DNA from: Phoronis australis
Taxonomy: Eukaryota > Animalia > Phoronida
DNA length: 64,000 bases
Assembly (NCBI GenBank): GCA_002633005.1
Contig: NMRA01000347.1
Span: 412,234 to 476,233, forward strand
Reading direction: 5' to 3'
The first letter of the stretch is position 1. The number at the start of each line of letters is the position of its first letter. A model generated the notes under the pieces. The model ran no database searches. It had not been told where the DNA came from and saw only the letters and a list, made by a program, of their open reading frames with translations. The position numbers were made by a program, and so were the translations under genes. Positions 1 to 12,300 of the stretch are shown one piece after another.

Positions 1-320
1 TGGTGATAACAAGTCCAGCCGAGGAGATCTTAGTCTGTAGACAGCTGATTAAAAATTCAGTTACGTAATGCATTACTCAGCATTATTTGAAACCCGTTTG
101 AGTGACACATGGCAGACAGTTCCTCAGAAGCTTGCCTGAAATAAAAAATACTGACTGAAAAATTCAAATCATTGCTATGAGGAGACAAATCTTTAATTGC
201 TAAGATAATCAACAAAAATAGTCCCCAGTTTTGGCAAGCTGAAAGTGCAGGCGACACTTGTGAAGCAAGCAGCCTTAATAAAAACAATACAGAACATCAA
301 CAGTCTGACCTCTGACCTAC

Positions 321-3300
321 CTGACAGCCAGGCCTGACATGGCTCTCTTGGTGCGTGTGATCACTTCTAATATCCCTACTACCTCGCCACGACCATACTC
401 TCCCACTAAAGTCTTCTTAGACATGGGAGACTGACTGTCAGCGACCATACGTATACGTCCATTCAGCAGAATGTAAATGGCATCAGACTGGTCGCCCTGC
501 CTAACAAAACAAACGAGGCGTAAAATAAAATTCTTAATAACGGTCACAAACTAATTTCAGTACGAAAAACACAATTCCAGATGGTCTCTCCAAGTTTATG
601 AAACTTGTCAAAAAAGAGCAAGTTTCAAAAAAATTGTCATCATTAAAGACAAACCAATCTTGAGAACCATTATACCGTTAATATTAAGCACTGCCTTTGT
701 CAAACTAATTGGGGATAGCAGCAGAAACTTGGCCAAAATTGTTCTTGGTGGAGGTCAATCAAACATGATCCTGAATGCCATTACAGGCAGTAATTGTATC
801 ATGTTTTGTTCAATTTTTTAAGATGAAATAAACAACTTTTCTATCTAATGTCATTTCATTCGCTAAAATAGCTGTACAAAAAACTTGTCACGTGTTCATG
901 AAAAGTTGATGAAGGCATGTTGGAAGAGGTTCAGTTTCCTTGACGTTACGTCAGAAAATGGTGGAAGCCATGAACTAAATGGAAAGAAAATCAGAAGTGC
1001 ATCGCTACAGATTTTTGGAGTTACCTGTAGAGGGGATGGCCAGCCTCAAGATGCATCCAGTCGAGGGCAAAGTCAATCTGCCTGACAAATGGTGACAGCC
1101 TCTGTACTGTGCAGTGAGCAGCGTTGAGAACCACAGATGGCTGGACTCGTATCATACTGAGTAAAAATACCATGAAAATAGTATCAGTCGGGCAATAATT
1201 AGACAGTCATTTGAGGAAATTATTTGTAACCCTAGTGCTCTACCACTGACTGTACAAAATATTGTAAAATTCCAACAAACAAAATCATTGGGAAACTAAC
1301 TTAGCTCAAACTAAACTGGCACAGAGAAAAAGAAGCAGTGTTGAGATTGGATCTAAAGGTATTGATTTCTCCCGAATAAATCAACAAACAAAATCTCTTC
1401 ATTTCAAAATAAGTCGATCTCTGTGACAGAAAGGCATTCCTACTCAGGCATGACCACCAGAAGGAGCTGACCTTTCCGCATCGAAGTGTCGAATTCACAT
1501 CGAGTAAGGTTTCGTGAAAATTTTAATGGTAAAAAAAACACGCAGTTGTAACGTCAGAAAAGAAAACCTACTCGTAAAAGTGATTCTTGTCTAAGGTCAC
1601 GACCCTAGATTCTCCCCGCACGCGTATAGTGAAGAAGGAAGGCTCTCCTGTCAGCACCGCCATGGTTCCAACAAAGTCACCAGGGTGCGCTATGAACAAT
1701 GTAGCCTGAAAAAAGACCAGACATCAACCACATTCTCTCACAAGAATAATGGAAATCCATAGAATTGTTGCAGCAGCCCACATGACAAGCTGTCATGTTC
1801 AGACTGCCAATCACAAATAACAGCAGGATTTTCTTTTGTAAGGGTAGCCAATCAAAGAAGATGGCGTAGTCACATGATAACAGTTTGTGCCCGCCCAGTT
1901 CCTGTGGACTTTCAAAATCATTCCCCAATCACAACAAAGAACAGGATGCTCCCATGTAACCATGGAAAACCAGTAAGTTAAGTGCACCATCATTGCATCA
2001 CGTTCCAGCTGCCAGTCACAACAAACTGACTAATTACGATGGTCACCCATGATCATGCTAATACCTACTACAAATATTATTAAAATCTCTTGGTCTATTT
2101 ACATTACAGAGACCTCTTGTTTATTTTTATTGTCACGAAGTTTCAGTCGGTCTATTCTGTGGCCATCCTCAGGTATTCCTGCGTTGTTAGAAGAACAAGC
2201 ACGAATATGTGGTACACTCATGATGACTTTGATTTTTTTGATTATATATTGTACGAGGAAGGATTTCAACCCACGACTTCGGAAACTAAACACTACACGA
2301 CGGAGTCACAGGACAACATATAATCAAACCGACCAAAACATTGTGACAAATGTAAATAGACAAGAGGCTAGTGTAAATATACCAAGAGGTCAGTGTAAAT
2401 AAACAAGAGGTCAGTGTAAATAGACCAAGAGATTTTAATAATAGTTGCAACACGCCACCACCTCAGAACGGTTTTAGAAAGTCATAATTAGCTACTATTT
2501 TGTCCCCATCTTCAGGCTGCCACTCACAGAAATCAGCATGAAGATCACTTGAATGTATGACAGCAAATCAAAAGGAGGATTTCTTCACTTACCATTTTGT
2601 CCCCGCCTACTTCCTGTTGCATCACGTTCAGGCTGCCAGTCACAACAAACAAAAGCAAGCTCTCCTGTAATGACAGCCAATCAAGTTAACAGGAGACAGT
2701 AAATGACAGAGGGAAGTTGGCCTGTACCCCTGGCATTAATATGTTAATACACAAATCTCTAAGAATGAATGATAATTCCTATCTCCTCAAATATCACCAC
2801 CAAAACATCTTCGATTATTAATTACCTATTTCAATACACCAGTTTAGTGGTAGTTTGCAAAATTACGAATTAAAAAATATCGCAACAATCCATGCACTGT
2901 CAGTGTAGAAGTTTACGGCTAATTTTCAAACAATTTTTAATTGCTGTTGTCTCGTTTCCTTCAATGGTTTTATCATAAGCCAGACAAATTTCCTGGAAAT
3001 TAATCAACATTTCTTCAATACGACTGTGAGTACTTGGTCATTCCTACCTGTTCACCTTGCTTCACAACATCAAAATGAGGCGGCAGTTTCCTTAATATCA
3101 ATTTCTTCTCCAGCATAGACTTGTCCTAAACAGCAAATACTATCATAATGACAGACTGATATACAACATTCAGGCATGGCTTAGAAATACATCTAAACAT
3201 TCACAATACACCAGCCGGTGATTTTGATATAGTAACACCTTGTCATCTGTCATGTAATGTATTACTTCATAGCATATAGCCACCTACAGGGGAATGGCTT

Positions 3301-6300
3301 GAAAGCAGAAGCACGTCTAAGCCAGCGTAATACAATAGTAATTTTTGAAGTCTTGAAACCTAATTTTTTAAAGAAAATGATGAAACATAAGTTCCATAAA
3401 GTTGCAGTGAGTTTCAAAATATATTTTAGAAAACACTATTTTAGTTGAGGCAATGCAACAACTTTGTAGGTTGCATTCAAAGTTGGAATTTGAAAACCAA
3501 GGGTTAAAAGTCTCATGTGATTTTGGTATTAGGCAGTTTGTCTAACCTTAAGACCCAGTAACTGGGCGATGTCATTGGTTGCCATGGCGAGTATTTCTTC
3601 ATCCGAGACAGACAGCTGGATGTTGGAAAACTTGACTTTGCTTCCCTTGCGAGGACCCTGCTGATCCTAAAGAGAACAACACAGCCACATCAACTGTCAA
3701 TCACTATGACATGGGAGACGATTACTTAATCCCTTACCATCATAAGTGTTGCTTGTTTATTGTGTGGGAGTGCAAATTGACCTATCACCAGGACTTTGAG
3801 TGACAGCTTAGCTGACCAATCAGAACACAGCCTTCTTGACACACCTTCGTTTCCAAGCTGCCATTTTACCCGACAAACAACACGTTGCCGGGTAAAACTT
3901 ATTGTTAGTCTGTCGACCTTCAGCAAGGGGGCGGAGTTTGCGATAGATTAATTGTAAAAATCAAGCTTAGGACTCACCAGTCATCCCCAGCAAAACAAGA
4001 TTTTTATGGAATATATGACCTCACTGTTAGTAAAAAGCGTAGGGTCGTTCGTTGGTCTAAAACACCTGACTAAAACACTTTTTGCTAAAAACAATCATGT
4101 TCTGAAGCCTATCCCAATATACCATGAATGTGAACACATCTTGAGATACTAACAATAAGAACTTCCCAACCCTTTTGTAGCATACTCCTCCGCCTCACTA
4201 CTTGAACAGCAAATTTACTTCAAGACCATACATTCCCACTCAACAGATTTTGCAGTTCAACTCACAGTGTTTCCACTAGACGTGTGTGTATCATCGAAAT
4301 CTGACATGGCCGTGTCTGTGTCATCTCTGTCACTGCCACGGTTCCTTCGCTTGCCTGCACACATTGACAACGACCAAACTGTTACATACAAAGCAATACT
4401 CTGACGCAAGATTTGAGACTAACAACGCCTTTTACAGGCAGTGTTTATTGTTTTTTTTTTTTACTTTCAGATACCTTTCATTTCCATAATGTTATATTTA
4501 GTAGTTGCACTCAAAGGCAAAATACAGTGTATCTGTATTACCAAGCATCTAAGAGCATCGAAGCACCAATCAGATCTTCGCATTTCTGTTGGTGCTGATA
4601 CGGAACTTCACTTTTCAACTTATCCAATCATCCACTCGGCAGTTTACAGCTAATAAGCCGAGCGTGTATGCGCGCGTGTGTATTCTTACATTCCCCACTC
4701 ACCTGGCCCTGCTCTGGGACTACTTTCGTGTTCCCGCCGTATCGGCGTGATTGAATGAATGGACAAGTTCTGGTCCATCTGGCTTTTCTGCAATACAATA
4801 ATCAAACAAGCATACAGCTCTGACCACGTTTCAAACACTAAATAATTTCAGCATCTTTATACTGTAAGNTATCGGAGTGATTGAATGAATGGACAAGTTC
4901 TGGTCCATCTGGCTTTTCTGCAATACAATAATCAAACAAGCATACAGCTCTGACCAGGCTTCAAACACTAAATAATTTCAGCATCTTTATACAGTAAGAG
5001 TTGGTTTATAATGTAGATATGCTTATAACATTCCATTTCACTAGTCCTTGACCATGAACTCCACAATAATGAAACTTTAGAAACAGCTCACAAGGTTCAC
5101 TGCAGCATGGTTCCACGTCTTATCTAAGGCAGTTTATTAATAATATGCATTTTAGAACCGTGTGCATTCCCATCTCAACAATAAATGCCAAGACTATACT
5201 CCCGTGGTCCATTCAACCTCGACATGAGCCGTCTAAATTTACTTACGGAGTTCATCAGTTCCTGCGTGAGACCCAGGTAGTTGTGTAGAGCCAAGAATGT
5301 AACACGCTGTAGTCGCACCATGATCACCTGCAGTAACAGAATTACACACACTCATCAAACAAGTAAAATGTAATGATAACCAACCTTTAAAGACCACAGT
5401 GCACTTCATGAAATTGAAAGGCCTCCAAAATAACTACAGAGAAGTCGTACCCACCACACTCTCCCAATGGACGATGTAACCACATAGAACAAAATGCTTT
5501 TGCTCATCATGCACATCACATCTCTTGAAGCACAAAGTTGAAAGTGTATAATTATCAACAGATGAGACACTGAGGTCAGCCTGTGCTTTGAGAACCAGTT
5601 TTATGCCCGTTATTCAGTGGAGAAAACTGGTTCTCAAAATGTTGCAGATGAATGAGCATGTACTCCAAAGTGAGATTTTAACGGGGGGGAGATAATTACA
5701 AAAGACCAAATACGCTAAACGATTTGTATAAAATTCAAATCAAACCCCTTATTTACGAACATGGCCGCATGAATGAGACACGGGTGTAATGAGTGCCATT
5801 GGCTCAAAAAGCTGGGACATGCTAATGCTCAACACGAAAATAACTTTTTTATACAAAGTATAACTTGCATTTGACTGTGTACAGTTTTGGGAAGTCCTGT
5901 GAACCATTAAAAGTTATAAGAGTCACAAATTAGGGTCAGATTAACACTACAGCCTGAGGACCACATCAGTGTCAAGCTCATGGTCCATCCAGTCCCTAAG
6001 ACTGCACGACGACCAATTTGCATTCTGGGCCACCGAGTCTGTTTTAAGAAATTCTCCCAAAAACATCACTAACATTACAAGAAGTATCACAACCAAATTA
6101 GCAGTAGCCAACACTTCTCAATATTCCGATGCAATACTTCTCGTTTTGTTACTGAGCTTTTCCGGGAATTCTTGAAAACAACTCATTTTTACCGCCTTAA
6201 CAAGCCCACCTGCACTATCCGTACTAGCGACTCTGGGAACTTGTCGAATGCCGTGCTGAAAGCGGCTACTGGAATCCTCAGCACTGTGCTGTCGACAAGA

Positions 6301-9300
6301 GCTTTGGCGTTCACCGTTTTGTACGGAGCTGGATGACCCTAAGTAAATAAAAACAAAGCGACAATGAGAAGCTGGGCATTTAACAGAAGGCAAAGAGATG
6401 TGTACATTGGAATTGATGTACATTACCATGGTTATGTTGTCATGGTTACATTGCCATGGTTACATCACCACAGTTAGATGACAGGGCAACAGCATCATGG
6501 CCTCACGTCAGCAAGATAACAAAAAGTGGATCGGTTGTTCCTTGCACCACCTTAAAACATCAAGTCCCCGAGTGTTTCGAGTTTGAATATACAACAGTAA
6601 CCACTTTATTTCTTAGTGCAAGGGTAACAACTTTCTTAGATTTTATTTCTGCATTTCACATGCTCACAAATGACTTATAAGCAGAGATGCGGCATCTCAG
6701 AAAAGTTACAAGTAGCTAAATAGGAGACAGTATATGAAGACCTTTAAATGAAAATTTACGACAAAGCCGCATATTAGAAGGCAATGTCACGGTTATATTG
6801 AAGATTGAACTTTGTGGATAACTAATTGCCAATCATTACATCAACAGTTCATAGTTCCGCTAGCACCATGTAACACAACTTACTGTCAGTACATCCAGTA
6901 AACTGAGTAAACTGTGGATAGATTCACCCTCTTCTACTATCTTAAGGCATGTCTCACGCCCGTCCTGCAAATATCAACAAGCAATGGCAGAATCGAGAAC
7001 ACGTCACTGCGATGAAAAGCAACGAAATGTAATGTAGGACCTTGGAAAATTGTCCAAATCAGAACATCATAATTCAAATTCATAATTTTATGAGTCAATT
7101 GTTAGAAGTTGTTTTTAAAAGATTCCACTTTAGCATGACGGTTATCAAAAATAGGACTCCATGAAGTTAGTGCCCTTGCAGCCATGCACAAGAAGCAAGC
7201 CCTTATTTAACCCTGTACCACTGGTCAGAAAAAGTAGTCAGGTACACCCCAGTACCATATGCCAACTCCTCCTACCTTAAAACACAGGCTGAACAAACAT
7301 GTCACTAATGTCGCAGAGCCACACCCCCAAATTACCAGTTCACCATCATCTCCACCACTGTCAGTCTACAAAACATACCAACTCCTCCCACCTCAACATA
7401 TATACTGACCAAACTTGTCTATCATGCCACAGAGCCACACCCCCAACTTACCAGTTCACTATCACCTCCACCATGAATGTCTGCACCACAAACCTACCCC
7501 ACCGACCTTGAACACACACACTGACCAAACCTGTCATTCATGCCAGAGAGCTCCAACCCCAACTAACCAGTTCACTATCACCTCCAACATGAATGTCTGC
7601 ACCACAAACCTACCCCACCCACCTTGAACACATACACTGACCAAACCTGTCACTCATGCCAGAGAGCTCCACCCCCAACCAACTTACCGACTCATTAACA
7701 AACACCTCCACTTTGCCCGTCTGGACCACAAATATACTATTGTCTGGCTCGCCCACTTTGAACAGATACTCCCCCATAAGCACCGACCGGGTGTCTAGCT
7801 GCTTACACAACTCGAGGAAGAGGGGTTTCTCAAAATGTCCAAACACTCTGAAACATTTGGCAAACGTCAATCATTTAGAGTGACACTTTACGCACACCCA
7901 CAACATAATGTTTGCACCTGAACCAGTAAACAAGTCTAAATGGGATATTTAATGAATGTGTTTTTACAGTCAATTCGTAAAACGAATGCAATAATACATG
8001 ATTAATACATGGTTCAAAATGCCAACATTTTTAATTATTATTTTACATTTTGTGTCTAGTACTGATAAGGAAATAAAGCCCAATCGTTTCAAGAATATAC
8101 TCTGAATATGACTCGCACCACAGAGCGTGACACATAAGGCCACCATGACAGCCAAGACTGCAAAATCTGAGTTACAGGATGAACGTAAAAATGGCAATTC
8201 AAATTGCGTGGAAGTCTTCAATTTGTTGAAGTTAACAAGACTGTGTACAGCTTAGCTAGCTAGGAGGGGGGTAGAGAAACCAGTTTTTACCTGACACTGC
8301 GAAGCACGTTGAGGAACTCAGGTGGGATTATAGCGTCCCCTTCTTTCTGCGTCAGAATGTCCGTCTCAAAGAAAGCCGACGGTAGCTCCCTCTTGAGGAT
8401 CACAGATGACTTGGACTCCCTTCGCAAGTGTAACAACCTGAAAGAACGAGACCAATATCAAATCATCCAATGATATGATTGTTCATAGCTGATATTAGTC
8501 CAAAATACAATACAATACAGTTGAATATCAGGGCGGTATCTGCAATTTTTTGTGCATGGGATGGCTGAGTCAGGCCTTAATCTACAGGGGGTGCAGGACC
8601 TCCAAATGAATACCCTGACTCAAATACAGGCATCATTGCTAGTACGCTTAGTTTGTTCTGAATTTTGCTCTGAATTTTGCTCTGCGTTTAGGTGGCCAAG
8701 AAAAGAAAGTAAGCATAGTTGTCTCTTTTAACTTGCTAAAAGCACCACCTGCCTGTCCAAAATAACAAGTTAAAGATATGATGTCAGATATGGTAAAGTT
8801 TATTGCGAATGCGAACCCAAGTATCCATGGCAACATAATACTTCAAAGCAGTAATTTTACTTGCAGTCATAAAACGCGGTCAAGCGTCATTGGTCATGGA
8901 CGACCTAAAATTGGGAAACACAATTCTGACTCATCTTCGAAATCCTGTAAAATTTGTAGTTCCAGAACTCAATGTTAACTTACCAGTCACGTGACTTCAA
9001 ACATAATAGCAACAGTAAAACGTGACCTGAATACTCATGATAAATGTTGGCCGAGAACACAAAACACGTGAGACGGTGTATTGCAACTGTTCCTCATGTC
9101 AAATGTCCACAGACGGCCGTTGTTACAGCAGTAAACTATTCGCTTTATTTTCACCACAACACAAAGGAGCTATCATCAACCGAACTATTATATCACAAAA
9201 ACTGAAACATTTAGTAAACAACAGTCAAAAGTTTATTATTTTTAAATTTTTAAAGACTGAAGTACGGCCACATCATTCACTTCACACTAACACAACACCA

Positions 9301-12300
9301 CTAGGGATTCAAAAATTATTTATCGAAACATTAAACGTTTACTTCATGAAATAGCATCATTGCTTAATTAAAGCCCTGAACTTTTTGCTACTTCATATGT
9401 GAGAAAAGGAATTTCTAACAACTGATTTTGATTACAAACTCATGTACTTGTTTCAAAATCACGGGCACAACCCGAAATTTTAGAACAAAAGCAGCATTTC
9501 AGATTATGAAGTAAAGCATTAACTACAGTCGCCATCTTGTCGGCCATCTGTAATTTTGTTACGTCTGCTTTTCCAATTGAATGCACATGAGAGAACAGTA
9601 GACGGAATCGAAAGTAAAACAGCACAAGAGAGGATGATAATGACTTCAAAATGATTACGAAAATTAGAATAAAAGTGCCATAAAAAATCAATAAAAAGGA
9701 GCACTGGAAAATCTAAGGTTACTCAAGAACAGCAAGACGTATCGAAAAACGAGCGGTAAGCTTTTTCTACATCTTGCCAAATCTCTTTACAAACCAAGTA
9801 TGAGAAAGATTCGTCAAACAAGTGAAAAATCAAAAGTCACCTTACACACTATTTCAACAAAAATAACGCGTTGATAAAAAATCTTGTGGGTCAATCTTCA
9901 AGTCAACTTGGCAGAAAATGTGGCCTTCATCGTGTGGCGCTAAACAACAGAGCAACGTACTAGGCTACTAGTAATTTAATGTCTCAATTTAAACAAGCAA
10001 TCCTCGACTTATGTAACATTTAGAGTGTGAGACAATACACACACACGCGCATGCAGGCGTGAACATTAAGCGCTGATCCCATGGATTGAAAATCCTAGAC
10101 GTATTTCACGAAAAAAACACGAGATCAATTCTATGAACGGTCATGTCCCCGAAGGATTCGCTGAATACCATACAATTATGTAGCACCTATTGGCATACAC
10201 AGACACTACACAGTTAAGTCCAACTGTGTGCAAAACCAGTGGCTTTACAATTCAGATAATGGCCAAAGATTGTGAATTATTTTTAACCGATATTAACACA
10301 GCGAACCTTGGCGCAACTCAAAATTCTGAGAAATCAAACGTTTCCTAGTTAAAGTTTGTATATACGGGATTATTTCTGGATCAGTTTTCACATGGGAACG
10401 ACCCTTAGTAGTGCAAACTCAAAACACAATAACAATGGTCAACAGTTTGAAAACTATTAGTAACTGGCAGTGCAAAACACCTGGAGCTACAGTTAACACA
10501 AGCTATTGGAGTTTCTTCATTGGTTCTGAGAAAACAAAATCTCCTCCACCGAAAACCAAGAAGAGAGCAAGAAGCTTCTATGGAACCTCTTGACTTCAAC
10601 GACAAAATTTTACTAAAAGCTGTCAACCACGACAGATGAGAAGTTATTGTATTTATCAGAAGACAATCTGAAGTAATGAAAGTACAAGCCAAAAAACCGT
10701 ATACTTCTGAATAACAGTCTTGAAAGTTACAGTAAGATAATAAAAGTTAATTTTCCGTAAAGTATAGATTTTAGTACTCCACAGACAACCAATACCATTC
10801 ATTGCATTTCCTCCAATCAGAGCAGCAACAAATGACATGTTAGGGAGGGACGTTTTCAAACACAGATACTATACCTTTCTATGGGCTCAACCACGCTAAG
10901 CCTTTCAGTGAAATTAACATGGTTCAAAATGAATGATAAACTCAAAACAGTGTTCTACAAAGTATTTGTAAATAGCTTATCACATGCCACATGCACAGAT
11001 ATCAACAGGCATTTGTGTTTGGTTTTACGGTTAAAATGCTTAATCTCTCACTTTAACATCCATATCAAACTTTTAAAAAATAGTGACACCAGCACAGTTT
11101 TGAGAAAACACAAACTTTAAGTGTTAGTTCAATGTATAGTCAGCAAATTTACAGTTAGTAGTTTTCAAAATAAAATGAACAATCTTCGACAAAACCGTGA
11201 GAAAAGCCGAACTTGGACAAACCTTTTGCCGCAATTATGTAGTAGGAGAAAAAATCTTTACTACAGCATTTCACTAAATTTTCTGTAACGTAGCTTCGAT
11301 AAAAATGCCCAAAACTGCATCTGGGAGTGGGATTTCCATAGTTTTTAACTGTATTTTTTGTAAAATAGTGATACGTGTAACCTAAACATTAGGTCAAAGC
11401 TACTTGTATGTATACATTGCTGAAGCTATTTTATTTGACAATAAATCGACCAGTCTAATTTTACCTCCTGGCTATAGAAAGCGCTATCTGTCTCTTTTTC
11501 ATCTTTCTCGGCCCGCCAACCTTTTCGTCCACCTTAAGTTTGTCCTTAGTGAATGTGCGAACCTGAGCAACAAACAGGCAAAATTTCACAGATTGCATTT
11601 ACATGGACACGTCTCTGTCAAACATTGCCAAATTTTGACATTCTTTGAGGTCATTCTTCAAAAAGGCCCAATGGCAGTATATAAGGAAAATGTTCAGAAG
11701 ATATCCCCAGGGTGTAAATTTGGGAAAAACATGCATGGTTGAATAATTTTTACAACATTCCCCAGCTGCTTAGGAAATGGAAACCAGGATCTCAACTGAT
11801 ATGAACTCCAACCGGTGGAGACAATCATACATCAATGATAGAAAATGCTGTAAATTGACTCTCCGTTTCCTTCAAACTGCACAAAAACTACAGCTAGTAC
11901 TGTGTTAACACACCCTAGTACCTATTCGTCACAACCAAATATGTGCCCACACGACAGCTAATTTCGATTGGACTTTCGGTCCCTAAATTGGTATTTTTTC
12001 AAAAAAACACCCACAGGCTTGTCCACACACAGAGGAGACAGTGTAGCCCAGTGGGATATGTGTTCACCTCCTTTACTCAAGACCCTGAGTTGGAGTCCCA
12101 CTAGGGCACACAGCTGGATGCTTGAGTCAGGTCTCTTAACTGCTCAGCTCAGTATTAACTATGTAAATTAATAAAGCACAAAATTCCACACAGGTGATCA
12201 GTGTAATTGGCACACCTTAGTGGCCTGTGCAATTATTATGTTTTTGTCTACAGAAAACCTCAGAAAGAACTGTTACGAAATGAAATGGAAATTTTGTCTA

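Noticed and set aside
4871-4998. Apparent duplicated PNPLA6/7 exon start with an intact acceptor
   Set aside because: The junction coincides with an N and the copies are nearly identical, which is typical of unmerged haplotype overlap.
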